Source: Octopus sinensis (taxonomy: Eukaryota). From it: a DNA stretch of 64,000 nt. The notes beneath the pieces are model-generated. The model was not told the origin of the DNA. It saw only the letters and a program-made list of their open reading frames with translations, and made no database searches. Position 1 is the stretch's first letter. The number at the start of each line of letters is the position of its first letter. The stretch spans positions 17,670,001 through 17,734,000 of the forward strand of contig NC_043023.1 in NCBI RefSeq assembly GCF_006345805.1. The letters are read 5' to 3'. The translations under genes were made by a program, and so were the position numbers. Positions 26,912 through 42,738 of the stretch are shown in pieces.

Positions 26912-27032
26912 GGCCTGCTCGCGTAGCCAGCGGGGTGGCGTCATTTGAACGCTAAAACAATGCGAAGCGCGTTGTGACCAGCGATGTGTAGCAACATCTG
27001 ATAGCCAGGTCGGTCACAGTGATCACGGTGAT
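26912..27032 (+). mobile_element. SINE family D 3' fragment
   Basis: GGCCTGCT...GGTCACAGTGATCACGGTGAT matches the reverse complement of ~4078-4197. Confidence 0.75.
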
Positions 27033-27048
27033 ATCTATATATACATAT

Positions 27049-27217
<169 letters not shown>

Positions 27218-27256
27218 GCATACATACGTACATACATATATACATACATACATACA

Positions 27257-28018
27257 TTTTTTATGGCTACCCCCTCGTTATCGATTTTGGCCATTGCACG
27301 GATCTTAACTGTTACTGGTGCAGTGATCGAATGTGACTTCTTAGCCCAGCTAAAGATCTACAATGAATTGTACAAAATTGGCAACTAAAACATTTACTGG
27401 TAATAGCCGGCTGTAGTTGTAACTGGGCTTCATGTACCTTTGCATCTCGTTTAAGTCCTCCTGCCGAATTACACCCTCTTCCACATGCCCGACAGATATG
27501 ATTATTATGGTGTGTTACAACACCACCGGTGGCCAGGTTGTCACTTATCTGTCTCGTTTTATGACTACGAAGATGACTCATGAATCCAGCTTTACTGAGG
27601 CAGGGTCTTGCTCAGACATTGCATGTCAGAATCAAAGGAAGACCCTTCCCTTATGGAAGTGTAACAGCAATGCTCTTCCTGACATCCCTCCTTACTTTCT
27701 CATGTGCAACTCGAGATTTTTTCAAATGTGGCTGCCCTCTCATGCACAATCCTTCTCCACCTGCTACGATCAATAGCTATGCCTTCCCATGTGTCATGAG
27801 AGATGCAAGCATCTCTTAAGGAAGCCTTCAGCAAGTACTTATACCTCTTGTTTGGTTTATGTGGAGGTCGTTCTCCTTTAGCTAACTCTCCATAAAAGAG
27901 TTGTTTTGGCACCTTGAATCCTTCATTCTGACCAGATGACCACTCCATCTGAGCCTTTGCTTTAACACAAGAGCTTCTATACTTCTATACTTCCAATAGT
28001 TCAAGATCACTGATGCGG
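27257..28018 (-). mobile_element. RTE (BovB-like) LINE 3' fragment
   Basis: PKQLFYGELAKGER..DRSRWR, C-terminal C2H2-like motifs, short 3' UTR and A-tail; paralogue of 30513-32173. Confidence 0.85.
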
Positions 28019-28581
28019 TTATTGACGTAAAATATCCCTGTTTAAGTTAGTGTATATATTTTTGCGTGTGTGCTTTTTTGTTCGGTGTGTTCAAACGCTT
28101 CTATCCTTGAATCTGTTTGTATATGCGGGGTTATGTGTGTGTATGTGTATGTGTATGTGTGGGTGGGTGGGTGTGTTTGCGAGAGAGGGAGATGGAGGGA
28201 AAGAGGAAAGCATGGGAGGTTGGAGTAATGCAGAAATAAGCTGTATAGAACATCCTTACATCGAATCTTGTTACAGTTTGCTCTTTACCCTGGATTCTCT
28301 TCATTCATTGGATTGTGGCCATGCTGGGGCACCGCCTTCAAGATTTCTGACGGGTTAACTGGACCTATTTATTTATTTATTTGTAATTTGTCCTTATTCT
28401 TCCGTCTTGTATCGCTCAACGTTGCTTTATAGAGACATAAACAAAGCAACACCGTGTCAGCTGCAATCGTAGGATAAGGACTCTCATAAACATGAACACA
28501 CACACACCTAGAGACTTCACAAGCTCCTAAATAAATAGAACTGTATGTTTTAACGCCCATCTCCAAACTAAATTGTTTCTT

Positions 28582-29262
28582 CATGTAGGGAGTTTAAATG
28601 TTTACATCCTGTCATCGAATTGGAAATAAGGGCTTTTCCTCAATGACCTCGTGTCGCTAAATTTGGATGTGGAAGTAGTTAGAGAAACCTGGCTGAGTGG
28701 ACTGACAAGCATTTCTCCCCGCCTAAACTGCTACGAGAAATTTATTTCTCCTGGTCACCCAGAATGTGAAGACGGGCGGTCGTAGTTCTGCTCAAGAAAA
28801 ACTGGATTTAGCATCAAGAGTAATCTTTATTGATCCGGGGGTGGTCGTATTTGATGTAACCCTCATCATTGATAAGTCTTTCAGGCAGGTGGCTGTTTAT
28901 GAACTCCGACGCCCGGAGTTAGACAATTTTCTAGGCTAGAGAATTTTCTAGGTACGTCACACTCCTTAGTGGATTGTGTTTGCTCGAATACGGATAGGAG
29001 GAGAAACACCTACCTCTTCGATCTGCTTAAGCGTTTTTTGCTGGTAAATCTGTATATACTGGAACACGCCGACGCTCCCCTGTGGACATGGATGAATAGC
29101 GATGGATCTTCTGGATCTTATATGGACAGGCTATTTCTTAGATGTATAGATAAAGATGCATTTGTGCGTGCACAATTTCACTACGTCAACTACAGTGATC
29201 AGAAGCCTGTGACCAGTAAGTTTGACCCCAAAAGGTTACATAGGTAAGCTTCCGGCTTCTAG
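28582..29262 (+). pseudogene. Tx1/L1-like endonuclease fragment (inverted paralogue)
   Basis: LEHADAPLWTWMNSDGSSGSYMDRLF. Confidence 0.78.
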
Positions 29263-29880
29263 AAGCTCCTTAGTTACCTTGGATTTCTTTCATTCATTGG
29301 ATTGTGGCCATGCTGGGGCTCCGCCTTGAAGAATTTTCGTCGCTTTAAATGGACCTATATATTTATTTATTTATTCGTAATCTGTTCTTATGCTTCCGAC
29401 CTGTAACGCTAAACGTTGCTTTATAGTGACATAAACAAAGTAACAACGTGTCAGGTTGCGATCAGAGGACAAGCATACGCACAAAATATCTCACAAACGC
29501 ATGCACACACACACACACACACATACATACACACAACAACTCAAAACAGCCACACAAACACACATACACACACCCTTAATACATTTACGAATTCAGATAT
29601 GAATGCACTTGCAAATATCCATCCTTGCTTGCGTATATTCATACATACATTTATACATATATACATACATTCGCACATGTATGCATACATACATGCATGC
29701 ATACATACATGCATGCATACATACGTACATGTATACATATATGCTTGCATACATACATACATACACACATACATGCATACATACATACATACATACATAC
29801 ATACATACATACATACATACATACATACATACATACATACATACAAATTTATGCATGGAAACTGCATGGAAATCTGTCCA

Positions 29881-29930
<50 letters not shown>

Positions 29931-29956
29931 TATATATTATATATGTATATATGCAT

Positions 29957-30023
<67 letters not shown>

Positions 30024-30051
30024 CGATGCTGTGGGGACAGACATAGACACA

Positions 30052-30505
<454 letters not shown>

Positions 30506-30512
30506 GCATACA

Positions 30513-32173
30513 TTTTTTTATGGCTGCGCCCTCGTTATCGACTATGGCCATTGCACGGATCTTAACTGTTACTGGTGCTGTGATCGAATGTGACTTTTTA
30601 GCCCAGCTAAAGATCTACAATGACTTGTACAAAATTGGCAACTAAAACCTTTACTGGTAATAGCCGGCTGTAGTTGTAACTGGGCTTCATGTACCTTTGC
30701 ATCTCGTTTAAGTCCTCCTGCCGAATTACACTCTCTTCCACATGCCCGACAGATATGATTATCATGGTGTGTTACAACACCACCGGTGGCCAGGTTGTCA
30801 CTTATCTGTCTCGTTTTATGACTACGAAGATGACTCATGAGTCCAGCTTTACTGAGGCAGGGTCTTGCTCAGACATTGCATGTCAGAATCAAAGGAAGAC
30901 CCTTCCCTTATGGAAGTGTAACAGCAATGCCCTTCCTGACATCCCTCCTTACTTTCTCATGTGCAACTCGAGATTTTTCAAATGTGGCTGCCCTCTCATG
31001 CACAATCCTTCTCCACCTGCTACGATCAATAGCTATGCCTTCCCATGTGTCATGAGAGATGCAAGCATCTCTTAAGGAAGCCTTCAGCAAGTACTTATAC
31101 CTCTTTTTTTGATTTATGTGGAGGTCGTTCTCCTTTAGCTAACTCTCCATAAAAGAGTTGTTTTGGCATCCTTGAATCCTTCATTCTGACCAGATGACCA
31201 CTCCATCTGAGCCTTTGCTTTAACACGAGATCTTCTATACTTTCACGCCGAGAGCCTTCGAGTATTTCAAGATCACCGATGCGGTCCTTCCACTTAATGC
31301 CATAGATCCGTCTGAGGCACATCTGATGGAAACGTTCCAGTTGTTTAAGGTGGTATCCATGTATGACCCACGTCTTGCAGGCATAGAAAAGAGAAGGGAG
31401 CACACATACCTTGTACACCTTTATCTTTGTCTTTCTGCATATGTCTCGCGGACTCCAGGGGCGCTTTTCTAGCCTTCCGAAAGCAACACATGCTTTCCTA
31501 ATTCTATATGGAATTTCATCATCCGTACTGCCATATCTATTAATAGTACTTCCCAGGTAGTCAAACTGATCGACTACATCAAGTCGTTTACCATTCACAT
31601 AGATATTTGGTACACTATACTGCTTACCAGGGGCAGGTTGATGCATGACAACAATTTTCTTGAGATTGACTGTCAATCCTAAGGCAGTGCAAGCATCAGA
31701 GAATGCATTCAAAATGTGTTGCATATCAATCTCTGTGTGTGCTACCAGCTCACAATCATCAGCATACAAAATGTATTTTATGATAGAGGTAATAATATTT
31801 GTTTTTGCAGCAAGGCGCCTGATATTAAATATGTTGCCAGAGGTTCGATAATGGACGTAAACACCGTATCTGCAGTTTCTGAATGCAATACAGAACACAA
31901 TCGCGAAATATATGGAAAATAGGGTCGGTGCCAGAATATTCCCCAGTTCCACTCCATTTTGTATTGAAATGGGCTCCGGCATCTTCCCTCTAACATTCAC
32001 CCTACCATTCATATCTTCATGAAAAGACCTAACCAAAGCAAGGAACATTTCAGGACACCCAATTTTTTGAGGACTTTCCATATTGCTTTTCTATTGACGG
32101 TATCAAAGGCTTTTGTCAGATCGACAAAAGCCTGATACAAATCCTGACCCTGTTCCACACACTTTTCCTGAAG
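30513..32173 (-). mobile_element. 5'-truncated RTE (BovB-like) LINE with RT domain and intact 3' end
   Basis: LQEKCVEQGQDLYQAFVDLTKAFDTVNR, LAPTLFSIYF, LYADDC, FDYLGSTI, RLRWSGHLVRMKDSRMPKQLFYGEL; frameshifted; A7 tail at 30513-30519. Confidence 0.93.
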
Positions 32174-34816
32174 CGGGTGTGATTTGGCTGCTATATCTAG
32201 CATGTGGATATCCTGCTTGAAGCCCGTAGAACCTAGAGGTGAGGGAGTTGAAGAAGATTGAGATGGCAACCTCAAGAGTCGGGTAGTAAGATAAAATCAC
32301 CGAGCCCATGCTGTGAATTGGTTGATGTTAGGAAAGGCATCTAACAAGACATTTGATCGGAGTGCAGTCCTTGGATCCTGTCCAGTACAAAGCCAGAAAG
32401 GAACATGGATGTTAGATGATGATGACAATGTTGGTGATGTTATTTACTCTGTTGATGATGACAATCAAGGCTATATATGTATAAGTGTATATATATATAT
32501 ATATGTATGTATGTATAGCCGTATGTGGCGCAGATTTAACTCACCCTTCCCATTTTTTTTGTGAAATACGTAGAAAAGTTTGGAGGTAGTGATTCATTGT
32601 TTGTAAAATGCCATTTATTCAAAAGAAAAAAAAACCCTCGCCTCCAGATTCTACGGTTTTCAACCAGGCTATCTACATGCTAGAAATAAAAGCCAAATCT
32701 CGCGCAAACTTTATTTGGCACATAATTACAGACTCTGTATCGAATGTTTTGCATTTTACCTCATGGGGTCATCTAGTCACTTCGTTACCATCATCTATCT
32801 CTTGTAGTTCCTTCTTTTCATTTTCTCTTTCTTTCTCCTTCTGTTGTGTAGAAGTGCATGGCTCAGTGGTGATATTGACAGGATCACAATCGCGAAATAA
32901 TGAGTTCGATTCATGGAACGGGCTGTGTGTTGAAGTAATTGAGCAAGACACTTTATTTCACGTTACTCCAGTTCACTCAGCTGTTGAAATGAGTTGCAAC
33001 ATCACTGCGCCGAAACTGTATCAGTCTTTGACTTGCCATTGGATAACATTGTTGGCATGGAGACGGTATTCTGTTGTGCATGGGTGACTGCCGGTCATCC
33101 ATAAACAAACTTGCCCGGATATGTACCTTGTTGGGGAACGTTCTAGGTGCAATCTCCTGGTCAATCATTACAAAAGAGGATCTATAAAAACATGCACTAC
33201 CCTACCTCCTTCTCTTAGATCATTCCCTTATCCCCTAGCATGACACTGACCCCACCCCCACAGGACTTGTAGTTATGCGACCTGCATGGCAACCTCAAAA
33301 GTCAGGTTGTATGATAAAAACACTGAGCCCGTGCTGTGAATTGGTTGATGTTTGGAAGAGCATCTAACCACAAATAGGAGACCAAAGTAGACATTTATAT
33401 ATATATATAATATGTATGTGTGTGTGTGTGTGTGTGTGTGTTTGTGTGCCTTTGTTTGTCCCCACAACATCGCTTGATAACCGATACTGGTGTGTTTACG
33501 ACCCCGTTACTTAACGTTTCGGCAAAATGAGAGCAATTGAATAAGTAATAGGCTTACAAAAAATAACTACTGCGGTCGGTTGGCCTGTCCAAATGCGGTA
33601 CTCCAGCATGGCAACAGTCAAATGACTGAAACAAGTAAAGCAATATATATGTATATATATATATGCATGTATGTGAAGCAAAATTGAGGGGCACAATTCT
33701 GTATGAACTCTCCATATGTATTCGATACAGAGTATATATGCATGTTCCCAAAAACAGTTTGTGTGAGATTTGGCAGTTTAGGAGGGGAGTAATGCCTGTC
33801 TTTCCTCTCAGCCAGGTTTCTCTAACTACTACCACATCCAAATTATGGGACCTGAGTCATTGAGGAAAATCCCTTGTTTCCAATTCGACGTCAGGCTGCG
33901 AACTTTTAAACACCCTACGTTGAGTGTATATATGAAGAAAAAGTTTGGACTACCTTAGGTTTGAGATGTGCGTTAACCCGTAGTGTTCCATTTATTTCGG
34001 AGCTTGTGAAGTCTTTATGTGTGTGTGTGTGTGTGTGTTCACGTTTATGTGTATGCTTATGCTACGATCGCAGCCGACCACGGTGTTGCTTTGTTTATGT
34101 CTCTATAAAGCAACGTTGAGCGATACAGGACGAAAGAATAAGGACAGTGTACAAATAAATAAACGGGTCCAGTTAACCCGTCACAAACTCTTGAAGGCGG
34201 TGCCCCAGCATGGCCACAATCCAATGAAAGAAGGAAAACCAGAGTAAAGAGCAAACTGTTAAAACCTTCGATGTAAGGATATTCTATAGAGCTTATTACT
34301 GCATAATTCCAACCTCCTATGCTTTCCTCTCTCCCTCCCTCTCCCTCTCTCAGAAACACACCCACCAACACCCACACACCACACACACACACACACACAA
34401 TCCCATACGCAAACATACACAGGCAAAGAATTACAGGTACACACAGAATAAAAGCACACACGCAGAAATATACTCTAATATTAACAGGCATATTTTACGT
34501 CAATTAAATTACCTATAATTGTGAGTTACCTCCCTTAACACTATTTCGTCAATTTTTTACGTGCTTCATATTTAAAGTACTTTTTACGGCCTATCGTTTC
34601 CATTTTTTAAACATCGGAACGCAGCCATGCTGGAGCACTGCATTGAAGTGTTTAGTCAACCACACAGCTAGTAGTGCTTCTCTTTATTCAGATTGCTGCT
34701 TATTTGTTTGTTCTGTCTTCATATAACAGCTACGTTAGATGGATGTAAACAAAGACAGCGGATGTCAAGTGGTGAATATTTGAGAAACAGAAACATATAT
34801 GGCTATATATGTATAA

Positions 34817-34861
<45 letters not shown>

Positions 34862-34869
34862 TGTGTGTG

Positions 34870-34913
<44 letters not shown>

Positions 34914-36040
34914 TAATTGGCGCGGATTTAGCTCACCCTTCTCCTTTTTTTGTGAAATACGTAGAAAAGTTTGGAGATGATGATTCTGAAAAAGTCATTG
35001 TTTGTAAAATGCCATTTATTCAAAAGGAAAAAAATAAACCTCACCTCCCGATTCTACGGTTTTCAATCGGGCTATCTACATGCTAGAGATAAAAGCCATA
35101 CCTCGAGCAAACTTTATTTGGCACATAATTACAGCTTCTGTATCGAATGTTTGGCATTTTACCCCCATGGGGCCACAGAGTCACTTCGTTACCATCATCT
35201 ATCTCTTGTAGTCCCTACTATTCGTTTTCTCTTACTCTCTCCTTCCGCTTTGTGAAAGTACGGGACTCAATGGTAAGATCGCCAGGCTCACAATCAGGAG
35301 ATATTGAGTTCGATTCATGGAACGGGCTGTGTGTTGAAGTTCTTGAGCAAGACAGTTTATTTCACGTTACTCCAGTTCACTCAGCTATTGAAATGAGTTG
35401 TGACATCCCTGGGCCGAAGCTGTATCAGTCTTTGAATTGCCATTGGATAACTTTGTTGGCATGGAGAGGGTATTCTGTTATGCATGGGTGTCTGCTGGTC
35501 ATCCATAAACAAACTTGTCCGGATACGTACCTTGGTGGGGAACTTTCTAGGTGGAATCTCCTGGTCATTCATTACCAAAGAGGATCAAACATATGCACTT
35601 CCCTACCTCATTCTCTTATCCACTAACTTGAAACTGACCCCCCTACCCGCAACGAATAGTCAATAAGTATGATAAAAGCACTGAGCCCATGCTGTAAATT
35701 GGTTGATGTTAGGAAGGGCATCTAACCAGAAATAGCAGACCAAAGCAGACATTTATATATATGATGTATACATTTATATATATGTGTGTGTGTGTGTGTT
35801 TGTATGTGTGTATGTGTGTGAATGTATGTTTGTGTGTCTGCCTTTGTCCCCACACCATCGCTTGACAACCGATGCTAGTGTGTTTACGACCCCGTAACCC
35901 AGCGGTTCGGCAAAATGAAAGCGATTGAATAGGTAATAGGCTTACAAAAAATATGTCCTGGGGTCGATCGATCTAAAGGTGGTGCTCCAGAATGGTCAAA
36001 GTGAAATGACTGCAACAAGTAAAACAGTAAAGAGAAAAGA

Positions 36041-36136
<96 letters not shown>

Positions 36137-36462
36137 TGTGTGTGTGAAGCAAAATCGAGGGGCACACATGTGTAGCAATACCCCATAGGCATTCGATACA
36201 GACTATATACGTATGTGCCCCAAAACAGTTTGTATGAAATTTCGCTGCTTTTTCAAGCACGTAGATATCTTGTTTGAAGCCCTGTAGAATCGGAAGGGGA
36301 GAGGGTTTATGTGGATGTGGTGGGGGGCGGATTTCAGTTTCATGAACAGTTATTTTTCAGAATCATAATGTCGGTTGTTTTAATCACATAATTTGTCAAA
36401 AAAGTTACAAGAAAAAGTGAAAAATGAAGAGGTGGGTTACGTCTCTACCATGGGTACCTCAC

Positions 36463-37518
36463 CTCACCTCCAGGAGGATATTGAAGAGATTTGCACATCT
36501 GAAGCCCGGGCTATCACAGTACCTTGTCCTACATCTTGAGGGCAAATTTGGAATCCTTGGCACTATAAAGTGGCGCCCAGTTCTTGTACTTGTGTATCTC
36601 TGGATGCTAAAGCATTGGTCAAGTCCTTCCATGATCTTCCACATGTATATTATGGCATATCTTTCTCGCCTACGCTCTAAGGAATAGAGTCTTAATCTCT
36701 TGAATCTTTCTCAATAGGCTATATGCTGCATAGTGGCTATCTTTTTCGTGTAGCTTCGTTGGATTGCCTCAAGTTCTGCGATTAATTTGACATTGGTTGG
36801 TGATCATAGCTGGGAGCAATTTTCAAAGTGGCTTAGAACAAGTGAACTCTAGAGGACCATCATGGTTTCCTGGTCTCTTGTTCTAAACGTTCTCAGAACC
36901 CATCCGGTCAGCCGCCTACATTTCATTGCCAGTTTAGCAACAAGCATATGAACGGTTGCATCATTACTGATGTAAATACTCAGGTCTTGCACTGATTGTG
37001 TCTCTTTGATTGCAATCCCTCCAAATCCAGTGTATTTATTGCCTTTATTTTTGCATGTTGATAGCATAAAGCTTGAAACTTTTCAGCATTAAACAGCATG
37101 CTATTCTTTTCAGCCAACTTGTATATTTTGTCTAGCTCACAATGCAGGTGCATAGTGTCTTCAGGGTTCTGTATTACCTGTGAAACTTTTGTATCATCTG
37201 CATAACTTGTGATCGTAGCCTTCTGTGTGGCTGAGGTTATTCTGAGAGGGCCATTATTAGCAGAAGTGTTCCCAAAACAGAGCCTTGCGGAAGACCGGTC
37301 CCTATTTGCGTATCATTGGAGGCGGCTACATTGGCTACTACCACCTGACTTCTATCCTTCAGAAAGTCATGAAGCCATTCTCACAATTTTGCAACTATGC
37401 CAAGATCACGCAGTTTGTGACGTATCGTTCCATGATCGACTTGGGAAAGTCGAGATGTATCACTTCAACGTCTGAGTGGTTGAGCATCTTTTTCAGTACC
37501 CGGTCAGAGTGTTCTAAG
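36463..37518 (-). pseudogene. Decayed CR1-group RT fragment (paralogue)
   Basis: WKIMEG..RTGRH..ANLFNIL and GWVLRTFRTRD; YADDTK-coding DNA near 37190-37205. Confidence 0.85.
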
Positions 37519-37522
37519 AATG

Positions 37523-37570
<48 letters not shown>

Positions 37571-37596
37571 GAGAGAGAGATAAATAGTTCGTCAGT

Positions 37597-37628
<32 letters not shown>

Positions 37629-37671
37629 AAGATAGATAAATAGACAGACAGATAGACAGATGGATAGATAC

Positions 37672-37732
<61 letters not shown>

Positions 37733-37825
37733 CAGATGGATAGATAGATAGGTAGATAGATAGATAGATGGATAGATAGATACATACATACATACATACA
37801 TACATACATAGACAGACAGATAGAC

Positions 37826-37906
<81 letters not shown>

Positions 37907-38825
37907 TATAGATAGATAGGTAGGTAGATAGATAGATAGACAGATAGATAGATAGGTAGATAGATATTAATGTGTATACGTTTGTGTGCCTGTGTCTCTC
38001 CCCACAACATCGCTTGACAACCAATGCTAATATATACATACATGCATGTGTGGATGGGTGGGTGTGATAGTAGATTAGTAGATTGATTGCATATTTCTTT
38101 CATTATTTCATCAGAGCTTTCTTCTTCCAACAAATGCCGATATGGGAATTTTTCGAAATTCCCACTAATTCTAGGAAAAACTGTTTCTAAAAGAATTCCA
38201 ATATAATCAGCATGTACACCATATGTCAAACATTTTATTAAAAATAACAACCTTTCTTTAAGTTAAACCGAAGCAAATTCGAGGGTCATATTTGTGCAGG
38301 AATAACCCATAGGCATTCGATACAGATTGTGTACGTACGTGCAAAAACGGTTTGTGTGAGATTTGGCTGCTTTTTCTAGCATGTGGATATCCTGTTTGAA
38401 GCCCGTAGAATCGGGAGGGGTGGAGGTTGAAGCAGATTGAGATGGCAACCTCAATAGCGGGTAGTATGATAAAAGCACCGAGCCCATGCCGTGAATTGGT
38501 TGATGTTAGGAAAGGCATCTAACCAGAAATAGGAGACCAAAGCAGACATTTGAGCGCAGTGCAGTCCTTTGATCGTGTCCAGCCCATGCCAGAAAGGAAC
38601 ATGGATGTTAGATGATGATGACAATGAGGATGATGTTATTTTCTCTGTTGATGATGACATTCAAGGAAATGATGAACATGATTATAAGCGATTTAGAATT
38701 TTTTTGTAAATGATTATTGATATATATATATATATATATATATATCGGGTGTGTGTTAATTAGCTTGCTAACGAACGACATTGTTCCTGGTTCAGTCCCA
38801 CTGCGTGTTACCTTGGGTATGTGTC

Positions 38826-39018
<193 letters not shown>

Positions 39019-40434
39019 TGTGTGTGAAGCAAAATTGAAGGGTACAATTGTGTAGGAACATCCCATAGGCGTTCGATACAGAGTACACACGTATGTTCCA
39101 AACGCAGTTTGTGTACGATTTGCTGCTTTTTCTAGCATGTGGACATCCTGTTTGAAGCCCATAGAATAGGGATGGGGGAGGGTTGATGCAGATTTTTTTA
39201 TTTTATTTTGGAAAATTTGCAGAATCATAATCTGGTTTATTTTTATCACCTATTTTGCCCAAAAAAATTTTGGAAAGCGAAAAATGAAGAAAGGAGGGTG
39301 CAATTGAAATTTTGAAGCGGTATTAACATAACCGAAATCATGGTTCTCCGTAAACATTACAAAAGCGTGTTAGGCTGGGTTACGTCTTCACAATGTGTAC
39401 CTCACCTTACCACCAAGGTGAATAGGAGAAAGACATTTCTCGTAGAAGTTTAGGAGGGGAGAAATGCTTCAAATTGCACTCAGCCAGGTTTCTCTCACTA
39501 CTACCACATCCAAATTTTGCGACCTGAGGTCATTGAGGAAAATCCGTTGTTTCCAATTCGTCGCCTGGCTGCAAACATTTGAAGACCTTACGTTGAGTGT
39601 AAACATGAAGAAAAAATTTGGTCTACCTTAGGTTAGAGATGGGCGTTAACCACTCACGTTTCATTTATTTAGGAGCTAGTGAAGTCTTCATGTGTGTGTG
39701 TATGTGCGTGCGTGTGTGTGAGTGAGTCTTCATTTTTAGGTGTGTCCTTATCCTACGATCGCAGCCTGACACGTTGTTGCTTTGTTTATGTCTCTATAAA
39801 GCAACGTTCATTGATAGAGGAAGGAAGAATAAGGACAGATTAAAAATACATAAATAAACAGGTAAAGCTAACCCGACGGAGACGCTTCAAGGCGGTGCCC
39901 CAGCATGGCCACAATCCAATGAATGAAAGAAATCCAAGGAAAAGAGCAATTTACTAAAACCTTCGATGTAAGGATGTACTATAGAGCTTATTACTGCATT
40001 ACTCCAGGTTTCCGAGAGAGAGAATAGTAATAGAATGATTAATATATATATATATATATATATATACATTCTTACAATATACTGTGACTGGTTGCTGTTA
40101 TATCTCGACGTTGCAAAGGCCGATAAAGGTTGATAAAGTTTTATCATGGAATGATATGTCACAAACTGCGTGATCTTGGCATAGTTGGAAAATTGTGAGA
40201 ATGGCTTCATGACTTTCTGAAGTATAGAAGTCAGGTGGTAGTAGCCAATGGGGCCTGTGTGCCTGCAATGTGAGCTGGGGACAAAATATACAAGGGGGCT
40301 GAAAAGAGTAGCATGCAGTTCATTACTAAAATTTGCTTTATAGAGACATAAACAAACCAGCACCATGTCAGGCTGCAATCGTAGGACAAGGACACACATA
40401 AACATGAACACACATACACACACACACACACCCG

Positions 40435-40468
<34 letters not shown>

Positions 40469-40510
40469 CATACACAAACACACACATATATACACACGCA
40501 CATACACACA

Positions 40511-40542
<32 letters not shown>

Positions 40543-40644
40543 TACACACACACACACATACACAAACACACACATATACACACACACACATACACACACA
40601 CACATACACACACCCGCACACACACACACACATATAAACACACA

Positions 40645-40692
<48 letters not shown>

Positions 40693-41371
40693 CACAAACC
40701 TTCCAACGTTTAAGTAATGCAAACGATAGGCCGTCAAAATTCATTTATATTTAAGGCAGATAAAATAAATTATAAATAGTGTTAAGGGAGGTAACTCTCA
40801 AATATAAGTCATAATTGACGTAAAATATCCCTGTTTAAGTTAGTGTATATTTTTTTGCGTGTGTGCTTTTTTGTTCGGTGTGTTCAAACGCTTATATCCT
40901 TGAATCTGTTTGTATATGCGGGTTTCTGTGTGTGTATGTATGTGTGTGTGTGGGTGGGTGGGTGTGTTTGCGAGAGAGGGAGAGGGAGGGAGAGAGGAAA
41001 GCATGGGAGGTTGGAGTAATGCAGTAATAAGCTCTATAGAACATCCTTACATCGAATCTTTTAACAGTTTGCTCTTTACTCTGGATTTCCTTCATTCATT
41101 GGATTGTGGCCATGCTGGAGCACCGCCTTCAAGAGTTTCTGACGGGTTAACTGGACCTATTTATTTATTTGTAATTTCTACTTATTCTTCCGTCTTGTAT
41201 TGCTCAACTTTGCTTCATAGAGACATAAACAAAGCAACACCGTGTCAGGTTGCAATCGTAGGATAAGGACACTCATAAACATGAACACACATACACCTAG
41301 AGACTTCACAAGCTCCTAAATAAATAGAATTGTATGTTTTAACGCCCATCTCCAACTTGAGTTTTTTCTTC

Positions 41372-42085
41372 ATGTTTACACTCGATGTAGGGTGTTTAAA
41401 TGTTTACATCCTGTCATCGAATTGGAAATAAGGGCTTTTCCTCAATGACTTCGTGTCGCTTAATTTCGATGTGTTAGTAGTTAAAGAAACCTGGCTGAGA
41501 GGACTGACAAGCAATTCTCCCCCCCCCCCACCCTAAACTGCTACGAGAAATTTATTTCTCCTGGTCACCCAGAATGTGAAGAGGAGCGGTCGTAGTTCTG
41601 CTCAAGAAAAACTGGATTTAGAGACAAGAGTAATCTTTATTGATCTGGGGGTGGGAGTAGCCTGGGCGTATTTGATGTAACCCTCATCATTGATAAGTCT
41701 TTCAGGCTGGGGGCTGTTTATGAACTCCGACGGCCGGACAGTTAGACAATTTTCTAGGCTAGAGAATTTTCTAGGAACGTCACACTCCTTAGTGGATTGT
41801 GTTTGCTCGAATATGGATAGGAGGAGAAACACGTATATCTTCGATCTGTCTAAGCGTTTTTTGCTGGCAAATCTGTATATACTGGAACACCCAGACGCTC
41901 CGCTGTGGACTTGGATGAATAGCGATGGGTCTTCTAGATCTTATATGGACAGGCTATTTCTTAGATGTATAGTTAAAGATGTATTTGTGGGTGCACAATT
42001 TCACTACGTTAACTACAGTGATCAGAAGCCTGTGACCATTAAGTTTGACCTCGAAAGGTTACATAGGTAAGCTTCCGGCTTCTAG
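41372..42085 (+). pseudogene. Tx1/L1-like endonuclease fragment (inverted paralogue)
   Basis: Same motifs as 2387-3053. Confidence 0.8.
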
Positions 42086-42589
42086 AAGCTCCTTAGTTAC
42101 CTTGGATTTCTTTCGTTCATTGGATTGTGGCCATGCTGGGGCTCCGCCTGGAAGAATTTTCGTCGCTTTAACTGGACCTATATATTTATTATTTTACTTG
42201 TAATCTGTTCTTATGCTTCCGACCTGTAACGGTAAAAGTTTCTTTATAGTGACATAAACAAAGTAACAACGTGTCAGGGTGCGATCAGATGACAAGCATA
42301 CACACAAAATATCTCAGGGACGCATGCACACACACACATACACACACCCTTAATACATATACGCATTCAGATATGAATGCACTTGCAAATATTCATCCAT
42401 GCCTGCGTATATTCATACATACATCTATACATATATACATACACACACATATATACATATATACATACATACATGCATGCTTGCATACATACATACATAC
42501 ATACATACATACATACATACATACATACATACATACATACACGCAAACATACATACATACATACATGCATGCATACACACATACATACA

Positions 42590-42623
<34 letters not shown>

Positions 42624-42738
42624 CATACATATATGCAATCACATATATATATACATACATATATATATATATATATGTATACATATATATATATATAAAT
42701 ACATACATACATATATACGTATATATACATACATGCAT

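Noticed and set aside
30569-30838. Stand-alone host C2H2 zinc-finger gene
   Set aside because: It is contiguous with the RTE RT reading frame and followed by the element's 3' UTR and A-tail.
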